Assembly: GCA_017476265.1 (NCBI GenBank)
Contig: JAFVAC010000033.1
Location: 1 to 60,962 of the forward strand
Direction of reading: 5' to 3'
Origin: Clostridia bacterium
GTDB taxonomy: Bacteria; Bacillota; Clostridia; Christensenellales; DTU072
DNA length: 60,962 bases
Position numbers and translations under genes: made by a program. This document shows, in pieces, positions 49,886-59,856 of this stretch (position 1 is its first letter; the number at the start of each line of letters is the position of its first letter). The notes beneath the pieces were generated by a model. The model searched no databases. It worked only from the letters and a program-made list of their open reading frames with translations, and was not told where the DNA came from.

Positions 49886-51493
49886 ATGGGAGGCAATCCT
49901 ACTACACCCGCGGCTCCATTGAGCGTCGACGCTTGGGTGGGGATCCTTGTCGCGGCTTTCGTCCTTGCACTGGCTGTCGGCGCGGTCGTAATGTACTTCG
50001 TCTACAAAAAGAGCATGGACAAAAAGATCGGGGACTCGAAGACCGAGGCGTCCCGCATCATGGAAGAAGCGCGTTTGGAGGCTCAGACCCTACGCAAAGA
50101 GGCCCTGCTGGAAGCCAAGGACGAACAGTTGAGATTGCGTAACGAGTTTGAAAGAGAATCGAGACAAAAGCGTAGCGAACTCCAGAAGCAGGAAAACCGC
50201 ATCAACCAAAAGGAGGACAATCTCGACAAGAAAGAGACGGTCCTCGACGGCAAGCTCGAGGCGGTCGAGAAGACCAAGCGGGCGATCGAAGAGCGGGAGC
50301 AAAAGCTAAAAGAGATGGAGCAGGAACTGGGCAATCAGCACGAAAAGATGGTCGCCGAACTGGAGAGGGTCGCAGGGTTGACCGCGGCGGAAGCCAAAGA
50401 AAACCTGATCGCCGAGATCACCGAGGACGCCAAGCGCGACGCGGCGGTCCTGGTCAAAGAGATCGAACAGAAAGCCAAAGACGAGGGTGAAAAACGCGCC
50501 AAAAATATCGTCGGACTGGCGATCCAGCGTTGTGCCGTGGATCACGCGGCGGAGACTACCGTCAGCGTGGTGGAACTGCCCAGCGAAGAGATGAAGGGCA
50601 GGATCATCGGTCGTATGGGCAGGAATATCAAGGCTCTCGAGTCGGTGACGGGCGTGGACATCATCATCGACGATACGCCGGACGTCATCACCCTGACCGG
50701 GTTCGACCCGGTCCGCAGGGAGATTGCAAGACTGACTCTGCAGAAGTTGGTGAGCGACGGTCGTATCCATCCCGGTCGGATAGAAGAAGTCGCCGACAGA
50801 GTGCGCCGCGACATCGACAATCAGATCAAGGAGGCGGGCGAAAACGCCGTCTTCGAAGCGGGACTCTTTGGGGTGCATCCGGAGCTCGTCAAACTCCTCG
50901 GCAGGATGAAGTACCGCACCAGCTATGGGCAAAACGTGCTCAATCACTCTCTGGAAGTCTGCTTCTTGTCCGGTCTGATCGCGCAGGAACTGGGTGCCGA
51001 CGTCAAGATCGCCAAGCGCGCCGGACTCTTGCACGACATCGGCAAGGCTATCGACCACGAGTACGAGGGGACGCACATTCAGATCGGCGTCGAACTCGCC
51101 CGCAAGTATAAGGAAAGGGAAGAGGTCGTCCACGCCATCGCCGCGCACCACGGAGACGTGGAAGCGAAGACGCTGGAGGCGATCATCGTCCAAGCCGCCG
51201 ACGCCATCAGTGGCGCTCGTCCCGGTGCCAGGAGAGAATCCTTGGAAAACTACGTCAAACGTCTTGAAAAACTCGAAACATTGGCAAACTCGTTCGCAGG
51301 AGTGGAGCAATCGTACGCCATACAGGCGGGACGAGAGATCCGCGTCATCGTCAAGCCGGAACAGGTGGACGACAACGCTACCGTCTTCCTCGCAAAGGAG
51401 ATCGCGCAGAAGTTGGAGTCCGAACTGGAATACCCGGGACAGATCAAAGTCAACGTCATCAGAGAACTCCGTTCGGTGGAGTACGCGAAATAA
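49886..51493 (+). CDS. rny: Ribonuclease Y
   Basis: N-term TM, coiled coil, KH (KGRIIGR), RTSYGQN, LLHDIGK HD domain. Confidence 0.97.
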   Translation: MGGNPTTPAAPLSVDAWVGILVAAFVLALAVGAVVMYFVYKKSMDKKIGDSKTEASRIMEEARLEAQTLRKEALLEAKDEQLRLRNEFERESRQKRSELQKQENRINQKEDNLDKKETVLDGKLEAVEKTKRAIEEREQKLKEMEQELGNQHEKMVAELERVAGLTAAEAKENLIAEITEDAKRDAAVLVKEIEQKAKDEGEKRAKNIVGLAIQRCAVDHAAETTVSVVELPSEEMKGRIIGRMGRNIKALESVTGVDIIIDDTPDVITLTGFDPVRREIARLTLQKLVSDGRIHPGRIEEVADRVRRDIDNQIKEAGENAVFEAGLFGVHPELVKLLGRMKYRTSYGQNVLNHSLEVCFLSGLIAQELGADVKIAKRAGLLHDIGKAIDHEYEGTHIQIGVELARKYKEREEVVHAIAAHHGDVEAKTLEAIIVQAADAISGARPGARRESLENYVKRLEKLETLANSFAGVEQSYAIQAGREIRVIVKPEQVDDNATVFLAKEIAQKLESELEYPGQIKVNVIRELRSVEYAK

Positions 51494-51536
51494 CGGACGA
51501 CTTTTATAGCACGGCTCTCCGTGAGCCGGAACAAAG

Positions 51537-51565
51537 AAAAGAGTATCCGATCGGGTACTCTTTTT
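51537..51565. terminator. Bidirectional terminator after rny
   Basis: AAAAGAGTATCC-GATC-GGGTACTCTTTTT. Confidence 0.75.
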
Positions 51566-51583
51566 GTATGCGAAAAAAGACGC

Positions 51584-51748
51584 AGTCTTCTGACGAGAAT
51601 GGCAAATACCGAACACCGACCCGCTGAGCGCCGATCTCGTTTTCCGGAATGGGAGCGTCAAAAAACGTAACGTGCACAATCCTATGCACAGGGGAAGAGG
51701 GGATCTTGCCTCCGCCATAGGTCGTGTCCGGATGGGAAGATGAGACTT
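51584..51748. ncRNA. Candidate long-hairpin ncRNA (6S-like size; identity unconfirmed)
   Basis: End-to-end pairings AGTCT/AGACT, CCGAACACCGACC/GGTCGTGTCCGG, GATCTC/GGGATC; bounded by terminators; no credible ORF. Confidence 0.4.
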
Positions 51749-51864
51749 CAATATATAAGTATATTTTTTGTGGCTCTCGCCGAATGAGCGCGATTTTCGG
51801 TTGGCTAAATCATTCTTTGATATAAACAAAAATCGGCGCGACGAACGCCTTCGGATCCGCCCAT

Positions 51865-51894
51865 AAAAAGAGTGACCCGATTCGCGGGTCACTC
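51865..51894 (-). terminator. mscL terminator
   Basis: GAGTGACCCG-CGAAT-CGGGTCACTC-TTTTT on minus strand. Confidence 0.8.
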
Positions 51895-51919
51895 CGAAAA
51901 CTTCGTGTTATCTTACCGA

Positions 51920-52453
51920 TTATTCTTTGGCGTTGAGTTTAGCCAGTTCGTCGCGGATTTGCTTCAAGATATCTTCGGCGGTCTCTTTGGGCTCTTCGAC
52001 GACGGCGGGAGCCTCTTCGACGGGAGCGGCTTCTTCAGCGGCGGCTTCCTCTTCTTTATGCTTCTTTTCGAGTTCGGCTTCGGCTTTCGCTTTCAGCTCT
52101 TCGCCCTTCGCTTTGACGGTGTTGAAGACTTTAACGATCACGAACAGCAACAGTGCGGTGCACAGGAAGGTGATGATCGCGGAAATGACTGCGCCGAAGT
52201 CCAGTATAACCGCCTCTTTGACGATGTTGCCGGCGGCATCGTAAGCCGGTTCGCGCAGTTGCACCATCAACGCGCTGGAGCCGTCTGCTCCGGGAATCAT
52301 GTTGATGAGTGGCTTGAGGATGCCGTTGACGACGGCGGTCACGATCGCGGTGAATGCCGCGCCGATGATCATACCGACGGCGAGGTCCATGACGTTGCCG
52401 CGGGTGATGAAGGTCTTAAACTCTTCAAGAAGTTTGCATTTCTTTTTAGCCAT
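51920..52453 (-). CDS. mscL: Large-conductance mechanosensitive channel
   Basis: EFKTFITRGNVMDLAVGMIIGAAF, DFGAVISAIITF, LKQIRDEL. Confidence 0.95.
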   Translation of the reverse strand: MAKKKCKLLEEFKTFITRGNVMDLAVGMIIGAAFTAIVTAVVNGILKPLINMIPGADGSSALMVQLREPAYDAAGNIVKEAVILDFGAVISAIITFLCTALLLFVIVKVFNTVKAKGEELKAKAEAELEKKHKEEEAAAEEAAPVEEAPAVVEEPKETAEDILKQIRDELAKLNAKE

Positions 52454-52660
52454 TGTTTTTCTCCTTTTTGTTTTGTATTTTATAAGGTTCATTATACCGA
52501 TAAAAAAGAATAAATGCAATAAATCGCGCAAAAGTTTGTCCATTTTTTTTGAAACGAAAAAGAAAAAACTTTTTTCATTCTTTTAACTACGTTTAGAGTT
52601 GGACGATTATGATGAAAGCAAGATAAGGGGAAACAATAAAAAACAAGGAGGTAAATTATT

Positions 52661-53122
52661 ATGAAAAAGAAAATACTATCGACAATACTCATATCAGCAC
52701 TTCTTATCGTGACGGCGTTCAGCCTGATGGCTTGCGGAAATCTCACGATCGGACAAGACGTTTCTTCCTCCGGGACGACCGAAGAGAGTCAATCGACATC
52801 GACAGCGTCGGACGAGAAAATGGGGGTGGACCTCGGCACGATGGACGGCGCCCCGATCGAAGAGATGGACGGAGATATGGGTACCCCGCCGGAATTGCCG
52901 ACAGGTGAACAAGGCGTCCCTCCGGAGATGAACGGTCAGCAACCCCCGGAAATGAACGGACAAATGCCGGAAATGAACGGTCAGCAACCTCCGGAGATGA
53001 ACGGACAAATGCCCGAGATGAACGGTCAGCAACCCCCGCAGACGAACGGGCAACAGCCGCCGGAAATGAATGGGCAGCAGCCTCCTCAGATGAATGGACA
53101 ACAGCCCCCGCAGCTTGCGTAA
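52661..53122 (+). CDS. Low-complexity lipoprotein with PPEMNGQQ repeats
   Basis: RBS AGGAGG; signal peptide with LMAC lipobox; repeat tail. Confidence 0.8.
   Translation: MKKKILSTILISALLIVTAFSLMACGNLTIGQDVSSSGTTEESQSTSTASDEKMGVDLGTMDGAPIEEMDGDMGTPPELPTGEQGVPPEMNGQQPPEMNGQMPEMNGQQPPEMNGQMPEMNGQQPPQTNGQQPPEMNGQQPPQMNGQQPPQLA
52919..53113 (+). repeat. Coding tandem repeat, eight 21/24-nt units
   Basis: (P/M)P(E/Q)(M/T)NGQ(Q) units with synonymous variation. Confidence 0.9.
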
Positions 53123-53300
53123 GAGCGATGGCGGCTCACGGATAAGGACCCAATGGGGTGACGGCAGTCGCCCCATTGACGTTTTGAAAAGGCAGGCGTC
53201 TATTCAGGTGGAGTCCGATTGACAAAAGGAGACTTCAAAGAGTATAATAGTAAAAGTCCAAGAAATAGCAGGACAATTCTATGTAAAGGAGAAAAACAGT

Positions 53301-53690
53301 ATGAAAACAGCTTCTAAAATTTTCTATACCGTCGGAAGAGTCATCAACATCATCGAGATCGTCTTTGCCATACTTGCCATTATCCTCGGCGCGGTGTGTC
53401 TGGCTATGTCCGCCGATATCGCGGCACAAGCCGCCGCTGACGGACTGACGGTCGCACAGGTCAAGGGCGCGGGTCTTATCTTTGTCGTCGGCGGAGTCAT
53501 TTCTTTGATCGTCGCACTGGTCATCTTCCTGTTGGCGAATCACGCCAGCAAGGCGCTCAACAACGATACGCAGGAGAATGCGCCCCACATCATCATGATC
53601 GTAATCGGCATTTTCGGCGATATCTTCTATCTGCTCGGCGGAATCTTCGGCTTGATCGAGGAGAGCAATCATCCGACTATTTCCGATTAG
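53301..53690 (+). CDS. Hypothetical small membrane protein
   Basis: RBS AGGAG; promoter-like TTGACA..TATAAT upstream; 3-4 hydrophobic segments. Confidence 0.75.
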   Translation: MKTASKIFYTVGRVINIIEIVFAILAIILGAVCLAMSADIAAQAAADGLTVAQVKGAGLIFVVGGVISLIVALVIFLLANHASKALNNDTQENAPHIIMIVIGIFGDIFYLLGGIFGLIEESNHPTISD

Positions 53691-53742
53691 TCGGGACCGA
53701 TCGAAAAAAAGAGGCGTTTGGAGAGACCAAGCGCCTTTTTTC

Positions 53743-53829
53743 GCGTGAATTCCCAAAGTAAATTCCACAGTGTATAGAAAGTGGAATTTAGTGTGGGAAA
53801 AGGATAGAATTTAGTGTGGGAATTCACGC
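53743..53829. repeat. 87-bp intergenic palindrome with internal direct repeat
   Basis: GCGTGAATTCCCA..TGGGAATTCACGC arms; inner TAAATTCCAC/GTGGAATTTA; GAATTTAGTGTGGGAA at 53784 and 53807. Confidence 0.8.
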
Positions 53830-53929
53830 TCAAAAAGTCTGTCGAAAAAGCTAAAAGTATGTATTGCAAACGGTTTTTATCTGTGGTACAATATTTTTTG
53901 ACAAACGAAAAATTTACGGAGGGAATGAT

Positions 53930-54646
53930 ATGGTCGTATCCATCATCGTGGCAAGCGTCCTTGCGGTGGCTTTTATGGCGGCGCGGGTGACGATCGGGAC
54001 GCGTGGCGTCAAGGGGGCGATCATTGCGATGTTCGTCAAGATTCTGGCGAGTCTCGGGTTTATTGCCATTGGGGTCGCGGCGCTCTTTTCGGGAGTGACC
54101 AATCAGAAAGCGGCGGCGTTTTTCCTGTTCGGACTGGTGTTCGGCTTGATCGGCGATATCGTCCTCGATATGAAAGTCGTCTATCTGAAACAACCGGAAG
54201 AGGGGCTATATCTCAGTTGCGGTATGGTGAGTTTTGCCATAGGGCACGTTATGTACCTTGTTGGACTGATCATGCTCCTTGGGGACAAGATCACCCTTCC
54301 GACTATCGGCATCTGCGTGGCGGTCGCGGCGCTCCTTGCGTTCGGGATGGTCTACGGGGGAGAAAAGATACTCAAGTTCCGGTTCGGCAAGTTCGCGATC
54401 CATTCCCTTATTTACGGCTTTATTCTGATCTTTATGGGCGCCCTTTCCATCGGTGTATGCATTACCGCAGGGGAGAACAAGCCCGTGCTGTTCGCCGTAG
54501 GGATGGTGCTGTTTTTCCTGTCCGACGCGGTGCTGTCGATGATGTACTTCGGTGGGAGACCGCGCGACAAGGCGCTTTCGGTCATAAACCACTCGCTCTA
54601 CTATGCGGCGCAGATCTGCATAGCGGCGTTTTTATTCTTCATTTAG
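53930..54646 (+). CDS. YhhN/lysoplasmalogenase-like membrane protein
   Basis: KILASLGF, LIGDIVL, FAIGHVMY, FFLSD, YYAAQ. Confidence 0.8.
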   Translation: MVVSIIVASVLAVAFMAARVTIGTRGVKGAIIAMFVKILASLGFIAIGVAALFSGVTNQKAAAFFLFGLVFGLIGDIVLDMKVVYLKQPEEGLYLSCGMVSFAIGHVMYLVGLIMLLGDKITLPTIGICVAVAALLAFGMVYGGEKILKFRFGKFAIHSLIYGFILIFMGALSIGVCITAGENKPVLFAVGMVLFFLSDAVLSMMYFGGRPRDKALSVINHSLYYAAQICIAAFLFFI

Positions 54647-54656
54647 GAGGCAATCA

Positions 54657-55193
54657 ATGAACGTTTGGCACGACATGAGCCCGGAGCGTATCCGTCCGGA
54701 CGACTTTATTACCGTCATCGAGATCTCGAAAGGCAGTAAAAACAAGTATGAGTTGGACAAGCAGAGCGGACTGCTTATTTTGGATCGCGTGCTCTACACG
54801 TCTACCCACTATCCCGCCAACTACGGCTTCATCCCCCGTACATACAGCGAGGACAACGACCCGCTCGACGTGCTGGTCCTCTGCACCGAGGAGATCAAGC
54901 CGATGGCAATTTGCCGCTGCTATCCGATCGGGATGCTCACGATGGTGGACGACGGCTACAATGACGAAAAGATCATCGCCATACCGTTTAAGGAGCCGTC
55001 CTATAATACCTATACCGATATAGAGCAGCTCCCCGGACACGTTATGGACGAAATAAGCCACTTTTTCACCGTGTACAAAGAGCTGGAAGGAAAGCGCACC
55101 GCCAACATTCAGATCCGCTCGAAAGAGGTCGCCATCGAGACCATCAAGAAGTGCATGAAGGCATACAACGACAAGTTCTTGCCCGGCAGATAA
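54657..55193 (+). CDS. ppa: Inorganic pyrophosphatase (family I)
   Basis: KYELDK, YPANYGFIPRT, DNDPLDVL, DEKIIA, FFTVYKELE. Confidence 0.95.
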   Translation: MNVWHDMSPERIRPDDFITVIEISKGSKNKYELDKQSGLLILDRVLYTSTHYPANYGFIPRTYSEDNDPLDVLVLCTEEIKPMAICRCYPIGMLTMVDDGYNDEKIIAIPFKEPSYNTYTDIEQLPGHVMDEISHFFTVYKELEGKRTANIQIRSKEVAIETIKKCMKAYNDKFLPGR

Positions 55194-55197
55194 AAGA

Positions 55198-56679
55198 ATG
55201 GATGCCGTCCTCAACCGTCGCTACGTCCTCGGCGCGGCATTGTGCCTGTGCGCGGGAGTATTGACGGGAGCCTTTCTTCAGACGAGTCTCATACTCCGTA
55301 TCGTGATACCGATTGCCACCGCGGCAGTCGGTATACTTTTGTTATTCGGCAAAAAGAAGTTCTTGTTCTGCGCCTTTTTGTGTTTTGCTCTAGGTGTGTC
55401 CGTTCTTTCCGCGGACTACGCCGTCGCTCTGTCCGACAGGACGGAGGGATTGTACGTCTTCGAGGGAAGGGTCGCCGGGACGGACGAAAGGACGGTCGTA
55501 TTCGACGAATTGACCTTCGACCAAAGCGCCGTCAAAGGGAAGGCGAGAGGAGAGCGGGAGGACTTTTCCGAAGTGCAAGAGGGACAGATCATAAAAGTCT
55601 TCGTCGAAGCGACCCGGTACGAGGTCGATTGGACGGACTTCGGCTCGACGAGCCGGTTCAACGATCGGGTCTATTATCATCTGACGCCGTATGGAGAGCA
55701 AGTCACGACGGGAGAGAAGAAGAACGTCTTTGAAAAGATCCGGGACCGAGTCAAGGGTCCGTTGTCCCGCTACTGCGCCGCCGAGGACGCGGGGATCGCC
55801 GAGAGTCTCTTATTCGGCGACAAGAGCGATCTTTCCGAGTCCGACGAAGCGGTCATAAACGGCATCGGGATGAGCCACGTCTTTGCCGTGAGCGGACTGC
55901 ACGTCGGATTTTTGACCGCGGCGGTGGCGTTCGTCTTAAAACGGTTGCGGATAAAACCTCTTCCGCGACTGGTTGCGACGGCGTTGTTGCTTTTGGTATA
56001 CGGCTTCTTGACCGGCTTTCCCGCCGGATTGAAGCGGGCGGCGATCATGACGCTACTTTATATGCTTGCGCCGATCGTCCGCGGCAAGTCGGACGCGCCG
56101 ACGTCCTTAGGCGCGGCGTGTTTTGTGATCGTCCTGACCAACCCGCGAGAATTGTTCGATCTCGGCTTTTTGATGAGCGTCTCCGCGGTAGCCGGCATCT
56201 TGCTGTTTACTCGTCCGATCGCAAAAGGTTTGCGGAACGTTCTGAGAGCCAAGAATCTCGGTCGCGTCTGTGACGGCGTAGCCTTGACCGTCGGGTCGAA
56301 CATTCTTTTGTTTCCCATCCTTTGCGACGTCTTCGGAAAGATCGCGCTCTTTGCGCCGGTCTCCAACGTGCTTTTGCTGCCGGTGGTGACGTTGACCTAC
56401 ACCTATATTGCCGTCGTCGCCTTTCTGACGGCGATCATACCGTATTTTGGCGTCCTGTTTTTCCCGATCAAGTATCCCATACTTTTGATAAGAGGCGTAG
56501 GGAGTCTCCTTGCGTCCGTGCCCTTTTCGACGATATCGGTCCCCGCTCTCGGGGCGTGGTGGATCTTGTATATCTTCGGCTGGCTGTTTTTGTGTCGGCT
56601 CAATAAACTCCCGAAAAAATGGAAGATCCCGTTGGGGGCGATCTGCATTCTGACCTCCGGGGTCGGGTTTTTCCTATAA
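55198..56679 (+). CDS. comEC: ComEC/Rec2 competence-domain protein (no metallo-beta-lactamase domain)
   Basis: HVFAVSGLHVG, RAAIM, NP..LFDLGFLMS. Confidence 0.85.
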   Translation: MDAVLNRRYVLGAALCLCAGVLTGAFLQTSLILRIVIPIATAAVGILLLFGKKKFLFCAFLCFALGVSVLSADYAVALSDRTEGLYVFEGRVAGTDERTVVFDELTFDQSAVKGKARGEREDFSEVQEGQIIKVFVEATRYEVDWTDFGSTSRFNDRVYYHLTPYGEQVTTGEKKNVFEKIRDRVKGPLSRYCAAEDAGIAESLLFGDKSDLSESDEAVINGIGMSHVFAVSGLHVGFLTAAVAFVLKRLRIKPLPRLVATALLLLVYGFLTGFPAGLKRAAIMTLLYMLAPIVRGKSDAPTSLGAACFVIVLTNPRELFDLGFLMSVSAVAGILLFTRPIAKGLRNVLRAKNLGRVCDGVALTVGSNILLFPILCDVFGKIALFAPVSNVLLLPVVTLTYTYIAVVAFLTAIIPYFGVLFFPIKYPILLIRGVGSLLASVPFSTISVPALGAWWILYIFGWLFLCRLNKLPKKWKIPLGAICILTSGVGFFL

Positions 56680-56759
56680 TACGAAAACGCATTGGATCGA
56701 CGAGTCCCTTTTTTACATAAAAAGGAATTTTTTTCACACGATATTTCCGGAGGGAAGAT

Positions 56760-57275
56760 ATGAAGAATACCGGAATCGTGAGAAGAGTGGACGAACTCGG
56801 TCGGGTGGTCATTCCCAAAGAGCTCCGTCGCACGATGCGCATCAAAGAGGGGGAGGAGATGGAAGTCTTCGTCGCCCCGGACGACACCCTCGTCCTCAAA
56901 AAATACTCCGCCGTGCGGGAGTACGCCGACGTGGTGGCTCAGTACGTGGAAGTGATCGCCGAATACGCCCCTGTGCCCTGTCTTATTTGCGACGTCGATT
57001 GCGTCGTAGCGGGCACGGACAAGGACGTCAAAGGAAAACGGATCTCCGCCGCTTTGGAAAGGCGTCTTGTCGATCGCAAGAGCGTCCGTCTGAGCGGACG
57101 GGAAGCGTTTTCTCCCACGCCGGACTCGGAGACGCCTACGGAGATCGCCGTATCCCCCGTCGTCGTCAAGGGCGACGTGCTGGGCGGAGTGGTCCTGTAC
57201 GGCAGACGCGTGGGTGAAACGGGGCAAAAACTCTGCGAGATGGCGGCGGGATTTTTGGCGAAACAGTTCGAATGA
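56760..57275 (+). CDS. spoVT: Stage V sporulation regulator SpoVT (AbrB + GAF-like)
   Basis: TGIVRRVDELGRVVIPKELRRTMRIKEG, LKKYS, C-terminal AAGFLAKQ. Confidence 0.88.
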   Translation: MKNTGIVRRVDELGRVVIPKELRRTMRIKEGEEMEVFVAPDDTLVLKKYSAVREYADVVAQYVEVIAEYAPVPCLICDVDCVVAGTDKDVKGKRISAALERRLVDRKSVRLSGREAFSPTPDSETPTEIAVSPVVVKGDVLGGVVLYGRRVGETGQKLCEMAAGFLAKQFE

Positions 57276-58837
57276 AAGGGAAGAAGAATTTTGTCGCCGG
57301 GGCAGGCGTACTTGCCGGGGCGGTGGTCTTTGCCAAAGTCCTCGGCGCGGCGTACCGTATCCCTCTCGCCAACATCCTCGGCGCGGAGGGGATGGGACTG
57401 TACCAGTTCGTCTATCCCGTCTTTGCGCTCCTGCTTACTTTGTCGAGCGGCGCGGTCCCGTCCGCGGTGTCCATCACCGTGTCGGGATATCTGACAAACG
57501 GCGATCGGGCGGGCGCCAAGCACGCCTTTGACGTCATCTTACGCCTGTGCCTTTTTATCGGCATAGCGGGGACGGCGATCCTGCTTGTATTGGCATACCC
57601 TGTGTCGCTCCTACAGCACGAAGACGCCTTTATCGGATATTTGACCGTCGCCCCTGCCGTCTTGATCGTCACCCTGATTTCCGCCTTTCGCGGTTGGTAC
57701 TTCGGACATAAGGACACCGTCCCGTCCTCAATCAGTCAGATCACCGAGGGATTGGTGAAGCTCGCCGTAGGGCTGGTCCTTGCCGAAGCCCTCTTGCCGT
57801 ACGGAAAAAGGTTCGCCGTGGCGGGGGCGTTGTTCGGTGTGGTGGCAAGCGAAGCGGTCACCCTTCTTATTATGGCGATCGTCTTCAAAGTCAAGGACAA
57901 AGAGGGGTTCGTTCGCGTCCGTCTGCGTGAAAATAAAGAGGTCGTCCGATCGGTCGGCAAGGTCATCGCGCCGTTGATCCTATGCGGTCTTATTTTGCCC
58001 GCGTCACAGTTCTTGGACAGCGTACTCGTCGTCAATTTGCTCAAGGTCGGCGGGACCGGGCAGGAGGAAGCGACGGCTCTGTACGGGGTCTTTTCCGGCG
58101 TGGTGACGCCGCTTGTCAATCTCCCCGTGATGGTCTGCATCTCCCTCGGCGTGGCGGTCACCCCGCAGATGGTGGAGGGGCGGGAAAGGCGCGACGTGGA
58201 CTTCGTGATGGACAAGTGTACGGTCTCGACCAAATTGACGCTGCTTCTCGGGATCCCCTTTTTATTGGTGTATTTGCTCCTCGCCGAAAGGGTGGTCGGA
58301 TTTCTTTTTCCGTCCATTGGGGAGGAAAAACTTGCTACGGCCACGCTTTTATTGCGGATATCGGCGCCGGGCGTTTTGGGACTGTCGATCTTTCAGATCT
58401 ACTCGGCGATGTTCCAGGGGTTGGGGCGCGCGCGGACTCCCGTCAGGATCATGGCGTCTTGCGCGGGGATAAAACTCTTGTTGGAACTGGTCCTGACGCC
58501 GACGATCGGGATCGTGGGGACCGCCGTCGGGTGCGCGGTGGGATATACTCTGTCCGGGGTCCTGATTATGATCCGATTTTTTACCTTCGTCCGGAAAATG
58601 GAAAACTCTCTCAAAAACGGTAGCGCGATCGCCCTCTGCGGTGTTATAATGGCTTTCGTGGTCTTTATGGGCGAGAGACTGGCGACCGGACCGGTCGGAC
58701 TGCTCGTCGTCGGAGCGTTTTCGGCGTTCGTTTATGTCTCGGCGGTCTTTACGCTGAGGATCTTCTCCCGGGAAGAACTCGCCGCTATGCCCTTCTCCGA
58801 AAGACTGCTTTTATTGGATGACAAACTTCGGAAATAA
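57272..58837 (+). CDS. SpoVB/YabM-like MOP flippase
   Basis: AKVLGAAYRIPL..GAEGMGLYQ, RGWYFG..PSSISQITE; spoVT-mazG context. Confidence 0.88.
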   Translation: MKGKKNFVAGAGVLAGAVVFAKVLGAAYRIPLANILGAEGMGLYQFVYPVFALLLTLSSGAVPSAVSITVSGYLTNGDRAGAKHAFDVILRLCLFIGIAGTAILLVLAYPVSLLQHEDAFIGYLTVAPAVLIVTLISAFRGWYFGHKDTVPSSISQITEGLVKLAVGLVLAEALLPYGKRFAVAGALFGVVASEAVTLLIMAIVFKVKDKEGFVRVRLRENKEVVRSVGKVIAPLILCGLILPASQFLDSVLVVNLLKVGGTGQEEATALYGVFSGVVTPLVNLPVMVCISLGVAVTPQMVEGRERRDVDFVMDKCTVSTKLTLLLGIPFLLVYLLLAERVVGFLFPSIGEEKLATATLLLRISAPGVLGLSIFQIYSAMFQGLGRARTPVRIMASCAGIKLLLELVLTPTIGIVGTAVGCAVGYTLSGVLIMIRFFTFVRKMENSLKNGSAIALCGVIMAFVVFMGERLATGPVGLLVVGAFSAFVYVSAVFTLRIFSREELAAMPFSERLLLLDDKLRK

Positions 58838-58850
58838 AGGTAGGTAAGGT

Positions 58851-59855
58851 ATGGATCTCAGACAGGCAGCATCGTGTCTTGACGGCGGCAGCGCGGCGAT
58901 CTTTTCGGAAAAGGACTTCTTGTCCCGCGCCCGCAACAATTTCGACGGCGGCGTCAACAACGTCGTCTACGGCGTCACGGATTGGGAGGCGGTCCAAAGA
59001 AAGATTGTGGACGTCTTCGGCGACGCGGAGACCGAGCGGCAGGACGATCTCGTCGTCGTAAGACCCGGAGACCTGTTTTATAAGACGAGATATACCTTCT
59101 GTGACCTCGTGGAGATCATTTATCGACTGCGAGACCCGGACGGCTGTCCTTGGGACCGGGCGCAGACCAACGAGTCCATCAGGCAAAACATCGTCGAAGA
59201 GGCGTATGAACTGGTGGAGGCGATCGACCTCGGCGACGTCGAAAAGATGCGCGAGGAGTCGGGAGACGTCCTGCTCCAAGGGCTCTTTACCGCGATCATA
59301 GCCGACTCGGACGGGAAGTTCTCGGTAGGGGACGTCGTGACCGAACTGTGCAAAAAACTGGTCGGGCGGCACACTCATATCTTCGGTCCGGACAAGGCGA
59401 CCGACGCCGAGAGCGCGCTGTATTTTTGGGAAAAAGCAAAAGCCAAGGAAAAGCACCAGTCCTCCGTCAAGGACATAATCGAAAGCGTGCCGACCACTTT
59501 CGGTGCGCTTATGCGCGCCAACAAGGTCGCCAAAATCATCAAAAAGACCGGGTTCGACTTTCCCACGATGGAAGAAGCGGTCGAAAAACTGTACGAGGAA
59601 GTGGAAGAGTTCGTCCAAGCGGACGAGGTACATAAGGAGAGCGAGGCGGGGGACATCCTCTTTTCGGCTGTCAACGTCTTGCGTATGGCAAAGATCGACC
59701 CCGAGATCGCCCTGAACGGCACGACGAATCGCTTCATACGCCGCTTTTATCACGTCATAGAGCGCGCAAAGGAGAGCGGCAGAGCGGTGGAGGATCTCAC
59801 CTTGGAGGAGATGGAAGCGTTCTATCAAGAGGCGAAACAGTTCGAGAAAAAGTAA
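58851..59855 (+). CDS. mazG: MazG nucleoside triphosphate pyrophosphohydrolase
   Basis: LRDPDGCPWDRAQT, EEAYE, EESGDVLLQ, RHTHIFG, second EAGDILF domain. Confidence 0.92.
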   Translation: MDLRQAASCLDGGSAAIFSEKDFLSRARNNFDGGVNNVVYGVTDWEAVQRKIVDVFGDAETERQDDLVVVRPGDLFYKTRYTFCDLVEIIYRLRDPDGCPWDRAQTNESIRQNIVEEAYELVEAIDLGDVEKMREESGDVLLQGLFTAIIADSDGKFSVGDVVTELCKKLVGRHTHIFGPDKATDAESALYFWEKAKAKEKHQSSVKDIIESVPTTFGALMRANKVAKIIKKTGFDFPTMEEAVEKLYEEVEEFVQADEVHKESEAGDILFSAVNVLRMAKIDPEIALNGTTNRFIRRFYHVIERAKESGRAVEDLTLEEMEAFYQEAKQFEKK

Positions 59856-59856
59856 T

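Noticed and set aside
51724-51741. GTCCGGATGGGAAGA resembling the 3' end of an FMN riboswitch
   Set aside because: The other conserved FMN blocks are absent and no gene follows on that strand.
52919-53113. Tandem repeats as a possible CRISPR array
   Set aside because: Units are contiguous, in-frame, have no unique spacers and no cas genes are present.
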